Position numbers and translations under genes: made by a program. A stretch of 57,019 bases of DNA from a virus (lineage: Duplodnaviria; Caudoviricetes): positions 1 through 57,019 of IMG/VR virus record IMGVR_UViG_3300048839_000591. One strand, 5' to 3'. Positions 27,125-36,151 of this stretch are shown one piece after another. The number at the start of each line of letters is the position of its first letter. Within the stretch, counting starts at the first letter, position 1. A model generated the notes under the pieces. That model had not been told where the DNA came from. It saw nothing but the letters and a program-made list of their open reading frames with translations, and did no database searches.

Positions 27125-28486
27125 TCAGGAGCGCTCCATTCTGCCTGCGCCGAATCGTTCGGAGAAGTGGGCCGTCTCGGGATTCCAGGTTAATTCCACG
27201 TCGCCAATCGGCCCGTTTCGATGTTTCGCGACGATCAGTTCGGCGTTGAATTCCGGCTGGCTGCTGTCATAGAGAAACGGACGATGCAAGAACATCACGA
27301 CATCGGCGTCTTGTTCGATGGTCCCTGAATCCCGTAGGTCTGAGAGGCGCGGTCTGGCATCGCTGCCACGGGTCTCGATCGCGCGATTCAGTTGCGCCAA
27401 TGCCAGCACCGGCACGTTCAGATGCCGCGCCAATCCCTTGAGCGCTCGGCTCACTTTGCCGATGTCCTGGGTTCGGTTCTCGCGGCTGTTGGGTACGTCG
27501 ATCAAGTGCATGTGGTCGATCACAAGCAGGTCAAAGGGCTTGCGCCCGTACATCTCGATACAGCGCGCCAGGATGTCTTTCAGCGAACTGGATGACCGAT
27601 CATCAACGTAGAGGCTCATGCGACCCAGTTCGCCAAAGGCGTCGGCTACTCGGCTCGCAGCTTTCCCGTCGTCATCATCCTGCTTACCGGCATGCCGTCG
27701 TTGTAGGTGCCGGTGCATGTTGACGTTCGCCAGTTGCGCCACCCAACGGGTGCGTAATTCGTCGCGGCTCATCTCAAGTGAGACGATGGCAACCGCTTTA
27801 CCCGTCTTGGCAATGCCGAGTGAGATCTGCGATTGCAGCGCCGTTTTGCCGACCGATGGACGGGCAGCTAGGACAATCAACTGGCCAGGCAGAAACCCGC
27901 CGAACTTCCGATCAAGTGGCCCAAACTGCGTCCGAATTGGCTGCACAACCGGCGCGTCAAGCGCGTCATAGGCAGCGGACAGATCGTCGCGCATATCAAC
28001 GAAGCCGGTCGATGTGGACGCGCTTCGGATGCGCGACATCCGTTCTTCAATGCGCGCTTCGAGTTCAGCCGGGTCGGTAATCGTGGCGGCATCAATGAGG
28101 TTCTGCTTGGTCGCCTCAGTCAACTGGCGATGAATCGACGCCTTCTTGACTTCCTCGGCATAGTCGATGGCATAGATCGCGGTCGGGACGACATGCTGCA
28201 ACTCTTGGAGCAACTTCAACAGCGGTCCCAGTTCATCCGGCGCGCAGCCTAACTGACTCTGCACCGTCACGTAGTCGGGGTTTATTCGCTTCTCGTAGCA
28301 GGCGACGATCGCACGGTAGATCTGCTGATAATCCGGGTCGGAGAAATCGTCTGGTTGCAGAATCGGCACAACCGAGAGGATCACGTCGCGGTCGATCATC
28401 ATCGACCCGAGAACGGCGGTTTCAGCAGCCAGATTGATGAGGGGGGAATTAATCTCAGAGGCTGGGGGAATGGTAGAATCGTACAT
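27125..28486 (-). CDS. dnaB: Replicative DNA helicase
   Basis: AARPSVGKT, SLEM, AQLNR, SDLRDSG.IEQDAD, AKHRNGP. Confidence 0.95.
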   Translation of the reverse strand: MYDSTIPPASEINSPLINLAAETAVLGSMMIDRDVILSVVPILQPDDFSDPDYQQIYRAIVACYEKRINPDYVTVQSQLGCAPDELGPLLKLLQELQHVVPTAIYAIDYAEEVKKASIHRQLTEATKQNLIDAATITDPAELEARIEERMSRIRSASTSTGFVDMRDDLSAAYDALDAPVVQPIRTQFGPLDRKFGGFLPGQLIVLAARPSVGKTALQSQISLGIAKTGKAVAIVSLEMSRDELRTRWVAQLANVNMHRHLQRRHAGKQDDDDGKAASRVADAFGELGRMSLYVDDRSSSSLKDILARCIEMYGRKPFDLLVIDHMHLIDVPNSRENRTQDIGKVSRALKGLARHLNVPVLALAQLNRAIETRGSDARPRLSDLRDSGTIEQDADVVMFLHRPFLYDSSQPEFNAELIVAKHRNGPIGDVELTWNPETAHFSERFGAGRMERS

Positions 28487-28675
28487 CAGTCGTTGCTCCT
28501 ACTCACACTAGGGCGACGGTCAGCGGCCGGGTTGGTGTTGCAAGCACCGCTCGGTCGCGTTCTATTTCCCCCGATTGTATCACAAAACAGCATAAAACGC
28601 CTCATTCGTACGCATCATCGAACCACCGCGAACACCTTGGCACGCGGCGGCTTGAGCGGCTTGTCCTCTGGGAAT

Positions 28676-29152
28676 TCAGGAATCTTGGTGAGGGCAGCGA
28701 CCATAGGCACCGATCGCTGCGTTGCAGTTCCAACACAGCACGCGATACCCATCAGGCCAACCCAGCTTGCGAAGTCGGCGGTATTGTTGAGAGCCGCCCT
28801 TGTGTCCCTCTGCGAGACGTGCGGCGTTACCGCCTCCATTGATGTGGTCAAGAGTGAGGAATTCGACGGTCGATTCTCCACAACAAGCACATGTCGGAGG
28901 ATCACCGCCATACGCGATAAGCGCCGCCAACCGCAAGCGCTCCCGCTCACTTCTTCGGTGATCGTAATACTGCTTGTTGTAATCGGGGTGTTTCGCTCGC
29001 CATTCACGAGCGTACGCGGCTCGATAGGCACGAGCTTCAGGAGAGTCGCTATCCCATTTCGCTTTACCGCTAGGACGCGGCCCTGGTTTGCGACAGACAT
29101 GACTTCCGTCTGTCCGCATGAATTGCTTGCAAATGGGACACCGTTCAGGCAT
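28676..29152 (-). CDS. HNH endonuclease
   Basis: YGG..CACCGE, LTLDHING, VLCWNCN. Confidence 0.88.
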   Translation of the reverse strand: MPERCPICKQFMRTDGSHVCRKPGPRPSGKAKWDSDSPEARAYRAAYAREWRAKHPDYNKQYYDHRRSERERLRLAALIAYGGDPPTCACCGESTVEFLTLDHINGGGNAARLAEGHKGGSQQYRRLRKLGWPDGYRVLCWNCNAAIGAYGRCPHQDS

Positions 29153-29189
29153 GAGGCTTGGCTCCGCATAATGGAACTACCCTTACACA

Positions 29190-30134
29190 TTATCTTACCA
29201 CAGCAAACACTCTAGCTCTAGGCGGTTTCAGGGGTTTTGATGGATCACCCTTGACGTAGGGCGCGATCCACTTAGGTTGGTGAACTTGTCGTGAGCGATA
29301 CCACTGCTGACGCCAATGACCAGATACGACCCATTGGCAGGAGTACTCGCGATTCTCTACCGGCTGTGATCCATGTTTCGGGTGTGCTGTTCTTCGAAGC
29401 CGGATAACGCGCACTAACGGCACGTCGTCGATCATTCGTGCCGCTCGACGACGGGTCGGACGATCCGCCACCTTACGATCGGTCGCTAAGACCGTCTGCG
29501 AAATCAGCGCCCATGACGCAGCGAAATAGCGGAGCTTCATGGTCAGACGATTCAACTTATCAGGCGGGTCTGCGTTTGCTGCGCGGGCAGCAATGAACTC
29601 AAGGTCTTCGCCGCAATGCCAAGGAATATGCGTGACGGGTATGCCAGATGGATTAAGTCGCTCATCCGCTACATAGAACGTCACATAGAACGTCGAAGGG
29701 TACAGGCTCTCAGGTTCAGTGTTATCCATCAGCACGAAGTGCGATTCTTTCGGCGCAGGATCAACCACGATATTTCTGATACGAATCCAGCTCAACGCGG
29801 TTAGTGGTGCTATCCAGTCATCTCGCCACGGCTCAAGATTGAGTGGCCGTTCAAACCAAAGGAAGCCGTTGTCAGTCGGCATCTGATCAAACGTCAGCGT
29901 CCAGTTGGGCATGTTCTCTGCTGCTATCTCCAAGAACGAGCACATCTCAGATGACCAATAGAAGGGATCACCCAATAGAAGCGCCCGACGAGGAGCACCA
30001 AACATCATTTCTTTATTTGACTCAGATGCCGTAACGCGGCTAAGTTGTGCATTCCAGAGTGCCTGCCCACGTTCTGACTCCATGAAGTCAAGGATTTCCA
30101 CCTGTTTCGCAAGAGCGCGGGAGTACTCGTGCAT
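29190..30134 (-). CDS. Conserved phage hypothetical protein
   Basis: C-terminal WVVSGHWRQQWY..WIAPYVKG motif. Confidence 0.7.
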   Translation of the reverse strand: MHEYSRALAKQVEILDFMESERGQALWNAQLSRVTASESNKEMMFGAPRRALLLGDPFYWSSEMCSFLEIAAENMPNWTLTFDQMPTDNGFLWFERPLNLEPWRDDWIAPLTALSWIRIRNIVVDPAPKESHFVLMDNTEPESLYPSTFYVTFYVADERLNPSGIPVTHIPWHCGEDLEFIAARAANADPPDKLNRLTMKLRYFAASWALISQTVLATDRKVADRPTRRRAARMIDDVPLVRVIRLRRTAHPKHGSQPVENREYSCQWVVSGHWRQQWYRSRQVHQPKWIAPYVKGDPSKPLKPPRARVFAVVR

Positions 30135-30402
30135 CTACATCATCCGTTCGTCATTCGTATGCCGGTACGTACAGGGGCGAGCGACCCCGCCCCCGCGTGT
30201 GCCTATGCCTGCCCCCAGCGCCGCTCCCAGCGCTCCCAGAGAATCGCCACCTGCGACGATGCCGCGGCCTGGACGTTTGACGGCGCGCCCTCTTGTCGAT
30301 AGCCAATCAACCGTCCATAGGCCCGGCAGACGGCCTCGGCATCACGCAAGCGGTTCGGCAGTACGGCCTCGTCAAGCAGCACGTCGACGGTGATGCGTTC
30401 GT

Positions 30403-31335
30403 TCATTCGACGGCCTCCCCAGCCTTGGCCAGTTCTTGGTCCGCAACCCAACGGTAGAGCTTCCGTCCTTGGGTTTTTGTGATGAAGGCGACCGGCGCCT
30501 TGAACAGCTCGCGTGCCTGGTTGTCCAGCGCTTCACGGTCGATGCCGAGCGACGCGGCATAGTTCACCAGCGTCGTGACCTGGTCGTCAGTCAAGACATC
30601 GAGCTTGGCAGCCGGCGTAGCGGGTTCCTCTTCAGGTTGGTCCTCGTCGACCGCCTTCCCCTCGACCTCAATCACCCGGCCTTCGATGTAGACGCTCGCC
30701 TGTTCCTTGGTGAGTTCCTTGGATGACTCCACGCCGAACTGCGCGCCTAACACCTCATGCCGCGCCTCATCCCCCACGCCAGCCGCTTTATCGAGTGTGT
30801 GAATCGCCTTGATTTGCTCGTAGGACAGCGACTCTTCCAGGCCCGGAATCGGAATCGGGAAGGCCGCACGCAGCGCACGATGGAGCGCACGCTTCTGGGC
30901 CATCGTCACCGCGTCGTTCTTCGAGAGCGGGTTGCGGTCCTGTGGGCCATTGGCCCGGCCATAGGCGACGATCGGGAAGCGCCGGTCCTTGCGATAGACC
31001 GCGCATTTCCAGATGACTTCCTCCTTAGCAGGCTTGAGCGATTCGAGTTCCCACGGCTCAATACCGAGCCACTGGAAACCGTCATAGGCCGGGTGGCGGT
31101 CGGCAATGCGAATACGCCCGTCGATGGTCACATATGGGTTGCCCTGGTACGGAATCAGCTCCCCTAAGAACGGGTCGAGTTCGTAGGCCAAGGCGATGCG
31201 GGCAATCTCCATCGCACCCGCTTTGTTCACGTCCTTCGGCCACTTGGCCAAGAGCTTCTGGCTCAGGTGCTCGGTCTCCTTCTGAAGGTCAACGGGCTTC
31301 TGTTCGATGCGTGCAATCGCACGTTCTTCGCTCAT
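30403..31335 (-). CDS. RecT/Bet-like single-strand annealing protein
   Basis: LDPF, IDG...IA, C.VYRKDR, M..KRA..RALR.AFP. Confidence 0.78.
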   Translation of the reverse strand: MSEERAIARIEQKPVDLQKETEHLSQKLLAKWPKDVNKAGAMEIARIALAYELDPFLGELIPYQGNPYVTIDGRIRIADRHPAYDGFQWLGIEPWELESLKPAKEEVIWKCAVYRKDRRFPIVAYGRANGPQDRNPLSKNDAVTMAQKRALHRALRAAFPIPIPGLEESLSYEQIKAIHTLDKAAGVGDEARHEVLGAQFGVESSKELTKEQASVYIEGRVIEVEGKAVDEDQPEEEPATPAAKLDVLTDDQVTTLVNYAASLGIDREALDNQARELFKAPVAFITKTQGRKLYRWVADQELAKAGEAVE

Positions 31336-31781
31336 GTGTGTGCTCCCCAATTCGTCTGTTCTTGCTTCGGATTGACTTTGATGTACGGCGCGCTGGCCTT
31401 CGATTCCCAGGCTGCCTGCGCTTCGTCCTCAGTCAGTACGCCGCGTTTGACGAGCTTCTTGACCTCGCTCGTGGCAATCGAGAGCGTGCAGTGGTCAAGC
31501 ACCTCAGCACGTTTCGGCAGCCGGTCAGCGTTGTAGGCACCGCGGTTCTGACGAATCAGTAGCACCTCAACGTCGGCGTTCTCGGCATAGCTGATGTCCG
31601 GCTCCGCCATCGCCTCAGTGAGTTCGCGTTTGGCCAGTGAGAGTTGTTCAGCCAGCGCCTCACGTTTTTCGATCACTGGGAACCATTCCTCGACAAAGGC
31701 GGCGAGTTCCCGTTCACAGGCCAGGTAGGTCTCCATAGCGGCGTTGATGCGTTCGGTCGGTGTGATTGTTTCAGTGCTCAT
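31332..31781 (-). CDS. Hypothetical protein
   Basis: GGAGG RBS; ATGA overlap with the recombinase gene. Confidence 0.6.
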   Translation of the reverse strand: MSTETITPTERINAAMETYLACERELAAFVEEWFPVIEKREALAEQLSLAKRELTEAMAEPDISYAENADVEVLLIRQNRGAYNADRLPKRAEVLDHCTLSIATSEVKKLVKRGVLTEDEAQAAWESKASAPYIKVNPKQEQTNWGAHT

Positions 31782-32138
31782 TGATGCCTCCAAATGCGGA
31801 CGGGTGCTGGCGTCGTAGCTGGTAGTCACTCCTTGACCTCCCGTTTCGCGCGTTGCTCCCGTTCGACGCAGACCATCACCAGCGCGCCAGTCAGCAGGCA
31901 GCCGATGAGCGCGATACCGGCGCTGGTGATGGCCCAGAGGCAGAGACAAAAGCCGAAGCCGATGGCGTTGGTGACCAGGGCCAATAGGCGTGTGTCAGCG
32001 GTCATCGCAGCCAGCCCAACAGCCAGAAGCCGCCGCCCATGACGACGGCAATCAGCACGAGGATTGCCGCTTGCCGCCAGTACGACGGCTCGGCTGCGGC
32101 GTGGCCAACGTCGGTGCGTGGGCCGTAGTCCACCCACT

Positions 32139-32471
32139 TCACGCTAACCACCGCCAGATCTGGTACAGCCCGTAGGCCCACAGCACCAGCCCCAGCGCCG
32201 TCGGCAGGCCAATCATCCAGCGCTCCCGGCGCGTCAACGGCTCGCAGCAGGGCTGCGGCTCCCGTGCCGTGCGCCCAATCTCGACCACACGCGGTGTCGG
32301 ATCAGACGGCGAGAATCGGTAGTAGGGACGCTGAGGTGGCGGGCTGCCGTCCTGCAAGAAGCGCAGCGTGTCCCAACTTGTGTTCGGCCCAGCGTAGGCG
32401 GCCTTGACCTCTTGCCAGCGCAGGGTGCCGGATTCGATGCGTTCAGCGTCGTGGGGTGTGATGAGCGTCAC
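32139..32471 (-). CDS. Hypothetical protein with C-terminal TM helix
   Basis: Overlap coupling; hydrophobic C-terminus. Confidence 0.5.
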   Translation of the reverse strand: MTLITPHDAERIESGTLRWQEVKAAYAGPNTSWDTLRFLQDGSPPPQRPYYRFSPSDPTPRVVEIGRTAREPQPCCEPLTRRERWMIGLPTALGLVLWAYGLYQIWRWLA

Positions 32472-32845
32472 GCCGCCGCCTCGCTCTCTGGCACGTGACG
32501 GTAGATACGTCCCTGAATGATGTGACCGATCGTGCTGCGAACAACCCCGTAGTCGTTAGCGATGGCCTGTTGTGTCTCACCTGTGCGGTGCCGGACACGG
32601 ATGTCGAGAATGTCATCATCCGTAAAACGCCGACTCATTGCAGTCCGTTGGTTCAGGGTTCGGAGCATTCCCTCTTTCAGAAGCTCCTCGCTCGTCTTGC
32701 CCCCTTGCAGGTAGTGCATCACCAGCGCACGATGGGCTTTGGCGTGGGTCTCTGGGTCGCGTAGTGTCTCGAAGCTCATGTCTGGTATCCTCAATCCGTT
32801 CTCAAAACCCCATGACGATCTCGGGCCGCTCATTCCGGCCCGCAT
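32468..32845 (-). CDS. HTH-containing protein
   Basis: TQQAIANDYGV.RSTIG.I..G. Confidence 0.65.
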   Translation of the reverse strand: MRAGMSGPRSSWGFENGLRIPDMSFETLRDPETHAKAHRALVMHYLQGGKTSEELLKEGMLRTLNQRTAMSRRFTDDDILDIRVRHRTGETQQAIANDYGVVRSTIGHIIQGRIYRHVPESEAAA

Positions 32846-33098
32846 GGTCGTCCTCGACTGGTAGCCCGGCGTACTGCTCGATACCGGACATCAGCACGTC
32901 CCAACGGGGGATGTCCTCACCAAGCGCTCGATTCCGAGCGATCGGGATGCCACAGAGGTAGCTGGTGCGGGTGATCGAGTCGTAGCCCTGGCGGAGCATC
33001 ACACGGAACGTTTCCAGGCCAATCCCCGAGCCGCGTCGCTGTAATTCCGCATGAGCTTCTTCCGCCGTGAGAATGGCCCGTGTCTCGGTTGCCGTCAT
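32802..33098 (-). CDS. Possible excisionase-like HTH protein
   Basis: ILTAEEA...L...G pattern; early-operon position. Confidence 0.4.
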   Translation of the reverse strand: MTATETRAILTAEEAHAELQRRGSGIGLETFRVMLRQGYDSITRTSYLCGIPIARNRALGEDIPRWDVLMSGIEQYAGLPVEDDHAGRNERPEIVMGF

Positions 33099-33289
33099 TC
33101 GTTGTCCACTCCCCCTGCCTGGTCGAGCAAGCGGCTCAACTCGCTGACCCGTCGACCAAGCTCCCCACGCCGTCCCTTGGCGTGCCACAGCCGCTCTTCC
33201 AACTGGCGACATTCCCGCATGGCGGCGGTGTAGTCATCGCAGGCGCGGGCATGCTCGATTTCGAGCGGTACTTGTGTTTCGGTGCTCAT
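33095..33289 (-). CDS. Small coiled-coil protein
   Basis: ORF coupled to the next gene. Confidence 0.5.
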   Translation of the reverse strand: MSTETQVPLEIEHARACDDYTAAMRECRQLEERLWHAKGRRGELGRRVSELSRLLDQAGGVDNE

Positions 33290-33355
33290 TTCGGTATCCT
33301 GTTCACAGTTCGCTGTCCCAATTCATCGTGCGAGACCGCTGTTCACAGCAGTGGT

Positions 33356-33628
33356 CTACGCCGCGTCCAAATCATCGTCGTGTGACTCTCCACCGCCATA
33401 ATGCCGAACCAACCCTGGCGTCAAACGATTGAGCCGGAGATAGCTGATGGCCTTGCGGATACCGGAATCGACCTCGTTTGCCTGATGCTGCAAAAGCCGC
33501 AACTGGCTCTTGATTGCCCGGCGCTCATTGAGATCGATCACCCCATCCTTTGCGGCATCCTCAAAGATCACCTGCAACTCCATTAGGTCATCGACCAACT
33601 CACTGCTAATCGGTGGGTGCATGCCCAT
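33356..33628 (-). CDS. Regulatory CII-like protein
   Basis: A.KDGVID..ERR.I motif; GGGAGG RBS. Confidence 0.5.
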   Translation of the reverse strand: MGMHPPISSELVDDLMELQVIFEDAAKDGVIDLNERRAIKSQLRLLQHQANEVDSGIRKAISYLRLNRLTPGLVRHYGGGESHDDDLDAA

Positions 33629-34130
33629 CGCGTTAACCTCCCTCTCTGAAATTGATGACGGATCAATCGCATCACCCGTAACCCGTGTTACGCTGCGATT
33701 GGGAGCGCTCATGCGCCCCGAGGAATGCCGGGCGTGAACCGGCACACGTCGGGAGGCAGGAACTGAGGTGAGAGACGAGGTATCCCCAGGGGTGCTGATA
33801 ATGGTTGGGAGAACAGCGGACGGCTGGGGGGATGCCAGCACGCCCGCTGCGTGTGTGAGTTCGGGCTTGGCCAAGGCCAGGCACCGGCGGCTGGAAGGCC
33901 TGTCACAGCCAACCAGCCAGCGTAACGTCGTCGAAGAACACATGAATTGTGATGTGGCCGCTGAATCGTCCTCGATTGCACCTCCAACCACGCGCAACCT
34001 TCCAAATCGCGCCATTGCCCGTAGGCCGGTCGTACCGTCAAACACGCGCAATAGTCGGCCTTCGCGTCCCTCTAAGGGCACCAGGGGACCACGTGGAGAG
34101 CTGCTATTGCGCGTGTCTGGCAGCGCGACC

Positions 34131-34463
34131 CTAGTGAGCACGACGCAGCTCCGTTCGCATCCAGCGACCAAGCAGGCCAAGGACCGTGGTTGCCGTCGCG
34201 CCGTGCGAGCAGACATCGTGCGCTTCACAAGGGCAATGCACCGTTACGCTGTCGTTGGGCTTATCGGTGATGACCTCGACGCCGTAAATCACGCTGGGGT
34301 CCGACGCGCTGGGCACGTCAACCACGTCGATGATGACCTGCCCGTTATCGAACCAGCGGGCATCCGAGAACCGCTGCCAGCCAGGAAAGTTGTGATGCAG
34401 CGCCGTGTCATAGGCGCGTTCGAACGATTCGAGCAGGGCAGTGCGGGTGAGTGTGGCGGTCAT
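34131..34463 (-). CDS. SWIM-like zinc-finger protein
   Basis: VPSAS....Y.V....CPC...C.H. Confidence 0.65.
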   Translation of the reverse strand: MTATLTRTALLESFERAYDTALHHNFPGWQRFSDARWFDNGQVIIDVVDVPSASDPSVIYGVEVITDKPNDSVTVHCPCEAHDVCSHGATATTVLGLLGRWMRTELRRAH

Positions 34464-34648
34464 GCGGCTACCGCCGTTTCAATCATGTCCTCGGCAAGCT
34501 CTTCAACATGCACCTTGAGGTACAGGTCGATACTGAGCCGGATCACTTCCGCCATGCTCTTGCCGCGCTTCTTGGCGAGCCGTTGCAATTGCTCATGCTG
34601 GATCGTCGTGATGCGTGTGCTCGTGAAATGTAGGTGATCGTCGTTCAT
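34460..34648 (-). CDS. Ribbon-helix-helix (CopG-like) Cro analogue
   Basis: TSTRI...L..LAKK.GKSMAEVIR..ID.YL; divergent from the repressor. Confidence 0.8.
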   Translation of the reverse strand: MNDDHLHFTSTRITTIQHEQLQRLAKKRGKSMAEVIRLSIDLYLKVHVEELAEDMIETAVAA

Positions 34649-34655
34649 GGTTCCT

Positions 34656-34740
34656 CCTATATCGGTACACCCATATTATCACTCCGATATCGGTACTGTC
34701 AATAGACATGTTCGGCGATATCGCTACACTGATATCGGTG
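34656..34740. promoter_or_regulatory. Divergent promoters and operator array
   Basis: Four CCGATATCGG-like palindromes near 34656, 34684, 34715 and 34729; leftward TTGACA-N16-GATAAT; rightward TAGACA-N16-TACACT. Confidence 0.75.
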
Positions 34741-34778
34741 TAGGTGATATGGAGTGCTGTGTGCGAGGAACAACGACA

Positions 34779-35405
34779 ATGGAAACAGTCGGTCAGATCG
34801 TGCGAGCATGGCGTAAAGAAAAGAAGATGACGCAAGAGCGCCTTGGCGAACTGATTGGCAAAGATCAGTCGTATATCTCTGAGGTCGAAACAGGGCAAAT
34901 CAAAGTGCCCGGCGACACCGTCCTCTTAGCCATCGCAAACGCGATGGAGATGTCGCCAGATCCATTGTTTGATGCTGGTGGGTATGAGATTCATCGAAGG
35001 GTGGTGGTGACTGATGAGTACCTAAGCGTGCCAGTGCAGGGCACCGTGCTGGCTGGTGGAAGTGACAAAGGGGCTCCAATGAACGAGATCCGCGTTACCC
35101 CGGAAAAGATTCAGGGTGCGCGCGATCCCTATGGACTTTATGTCTCTGGTGATGACCTGCGGGGATTTACCATTCTGTCTGGTGATGTGGTGATTGTCGA
35201 ACCGCTGTTTGACCGCAGGCCGAATGATCGCCAGCTCGTGGTGGTCAAAGACGGCAATGGACTCACCTTGCGACGATGGTGTCAGCGAGGGGACGCGGTT
35301 GAACTCGAAGACGCGGAGGGAAGGATCGTTCATCGTGTACAGGCAGGGGAAGACATTGAGGTGCAGGCACTATTCATAACATTTGAACCACTCGCACCAC
35401 GTTAG
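34779..35405 (+). CDS. Prophage repressor (XRE HTH plus degenerate S24/LexA-like domain)
   Basis: MTQERLGE...QSYISEVETG HTH; G.V.AG, V.GD.., GD.VIV. Confidence 0.88.
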   Translation: METVGQIVRAWRKEKKMTQERLGELIGKDQSYISEVETGQIKVPGDTVLLAIANAMEMSPDPLFDAGGYEIHRRVVVTDEYLSVPVQGTVLAGGSDKGAPMNEIRVTPEKIQGARDPYGLYVSGDDLRGFTILSGDVVIVEPLFDRRPNDRQLVVVKDGNGLTLRRWCQRGDAVELEDAEGRIVHRVQAGEDIEVQALFITFEPLAPR

Positions 35406-35584
35406 GGCGCGCAACATTTGACCCCGCTGACTTGGGGGAGTCTCGACGGGGCCAAACCAGTGAATATTTGGTTGTGGTGTCTACTTAATAAACGTACACA
35501 TTGAGGCCTGGGATTCTAGCCCTTTTGGGCTGGGCCGAAATTACTAGATGATCAATACAAGATGTTTACGAAAGGATCGCATGT

Positions 35585-35683
35585 GTGAACCCGCAACGCC
35601 GCAGCCGTGTGATTATTCTCGGGTTCACGTTCTTGCTTATCATTGTGACCATACTCGGTATCCTGCTACCCTGGCTGACGTGA
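35585..35683 (+). CDS. Small single-TM peptide
   Basis: GTG start; RRSRVIILGFTFLLIIVTILGILLPWLT. Confidence 0.4.
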   Translation: MNPQRRSRVIILGFTFLLIIVTILGILLPWLT

Positions 35684-35692
35684 AGGAGTGAG

Positions 35693-36142
35693 ATGAGTAC
35701 CAAGGCCGCCATTGTTATTGCGATCGCTGGCGTGCTGATGCTGGCCTGGGTCGTCTCGTTCGTTGGCGAGCCACCTGGTGACGACGCAGCGACCGCCACC
35801 GAGCCAACGGCCACGCAGCGCCCCGCTCAGCCAGTCAGCATCCAACCAACACCCACGCGCTACAACCAGCAGAAGACCGTCGTCTACCGCGTAACGGCGC
35901 CGGAAGGTTCGCTCACCTTCAGTAACGGGCAAGGCGGGACCGAACAGCTTGACATGGAAGAGCGTTGGACCAAGACCTACTTCCTGTCACCCGGTGCGCA
36001 TGCCTATGTCGCCGTACAGAACAAACGCGCCAGCGGGACCGTCACGTGTGAGATTCTGGTTGACGGCATCCCCTGGAAAACCTCGGAGTCCGAGGGTGCC
36101 TACAAGATTGCCACCTGTAGCGGATTGGTTGGTGTGGACTAG
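35693..36142 (+). CDS. Membrane-anchored MmpS-like protein (candidate superinfection exclusion)
   Basis: N-terminal TM, Pro/Thr linker, V.YRVT...VTCEILVDG...ATC. Confidence 0.65.
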   Translation: MSTKAAIVIAIAGVLMLAWVVSFVGEPPGDDAATATEPTATQRPAQPVSIQPTPTRYNQQKTVVYRVTAPEGSLTFSNGQGGTEQLDMEERWTKTYFLSPGAHAYVAVQNKRASGTVTCEILVDGIPWKTSESEGAYKIATCSGLVGVD

Positions 36143-36151
36143 GAGCGCCCC

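Noticed and set aside
33356-34228. 290-aa ORF as a single gene
   Set aside because: Only the last 90 codons have an RBS and look protein-like; the upstream part overlaps another gene and hairpins.
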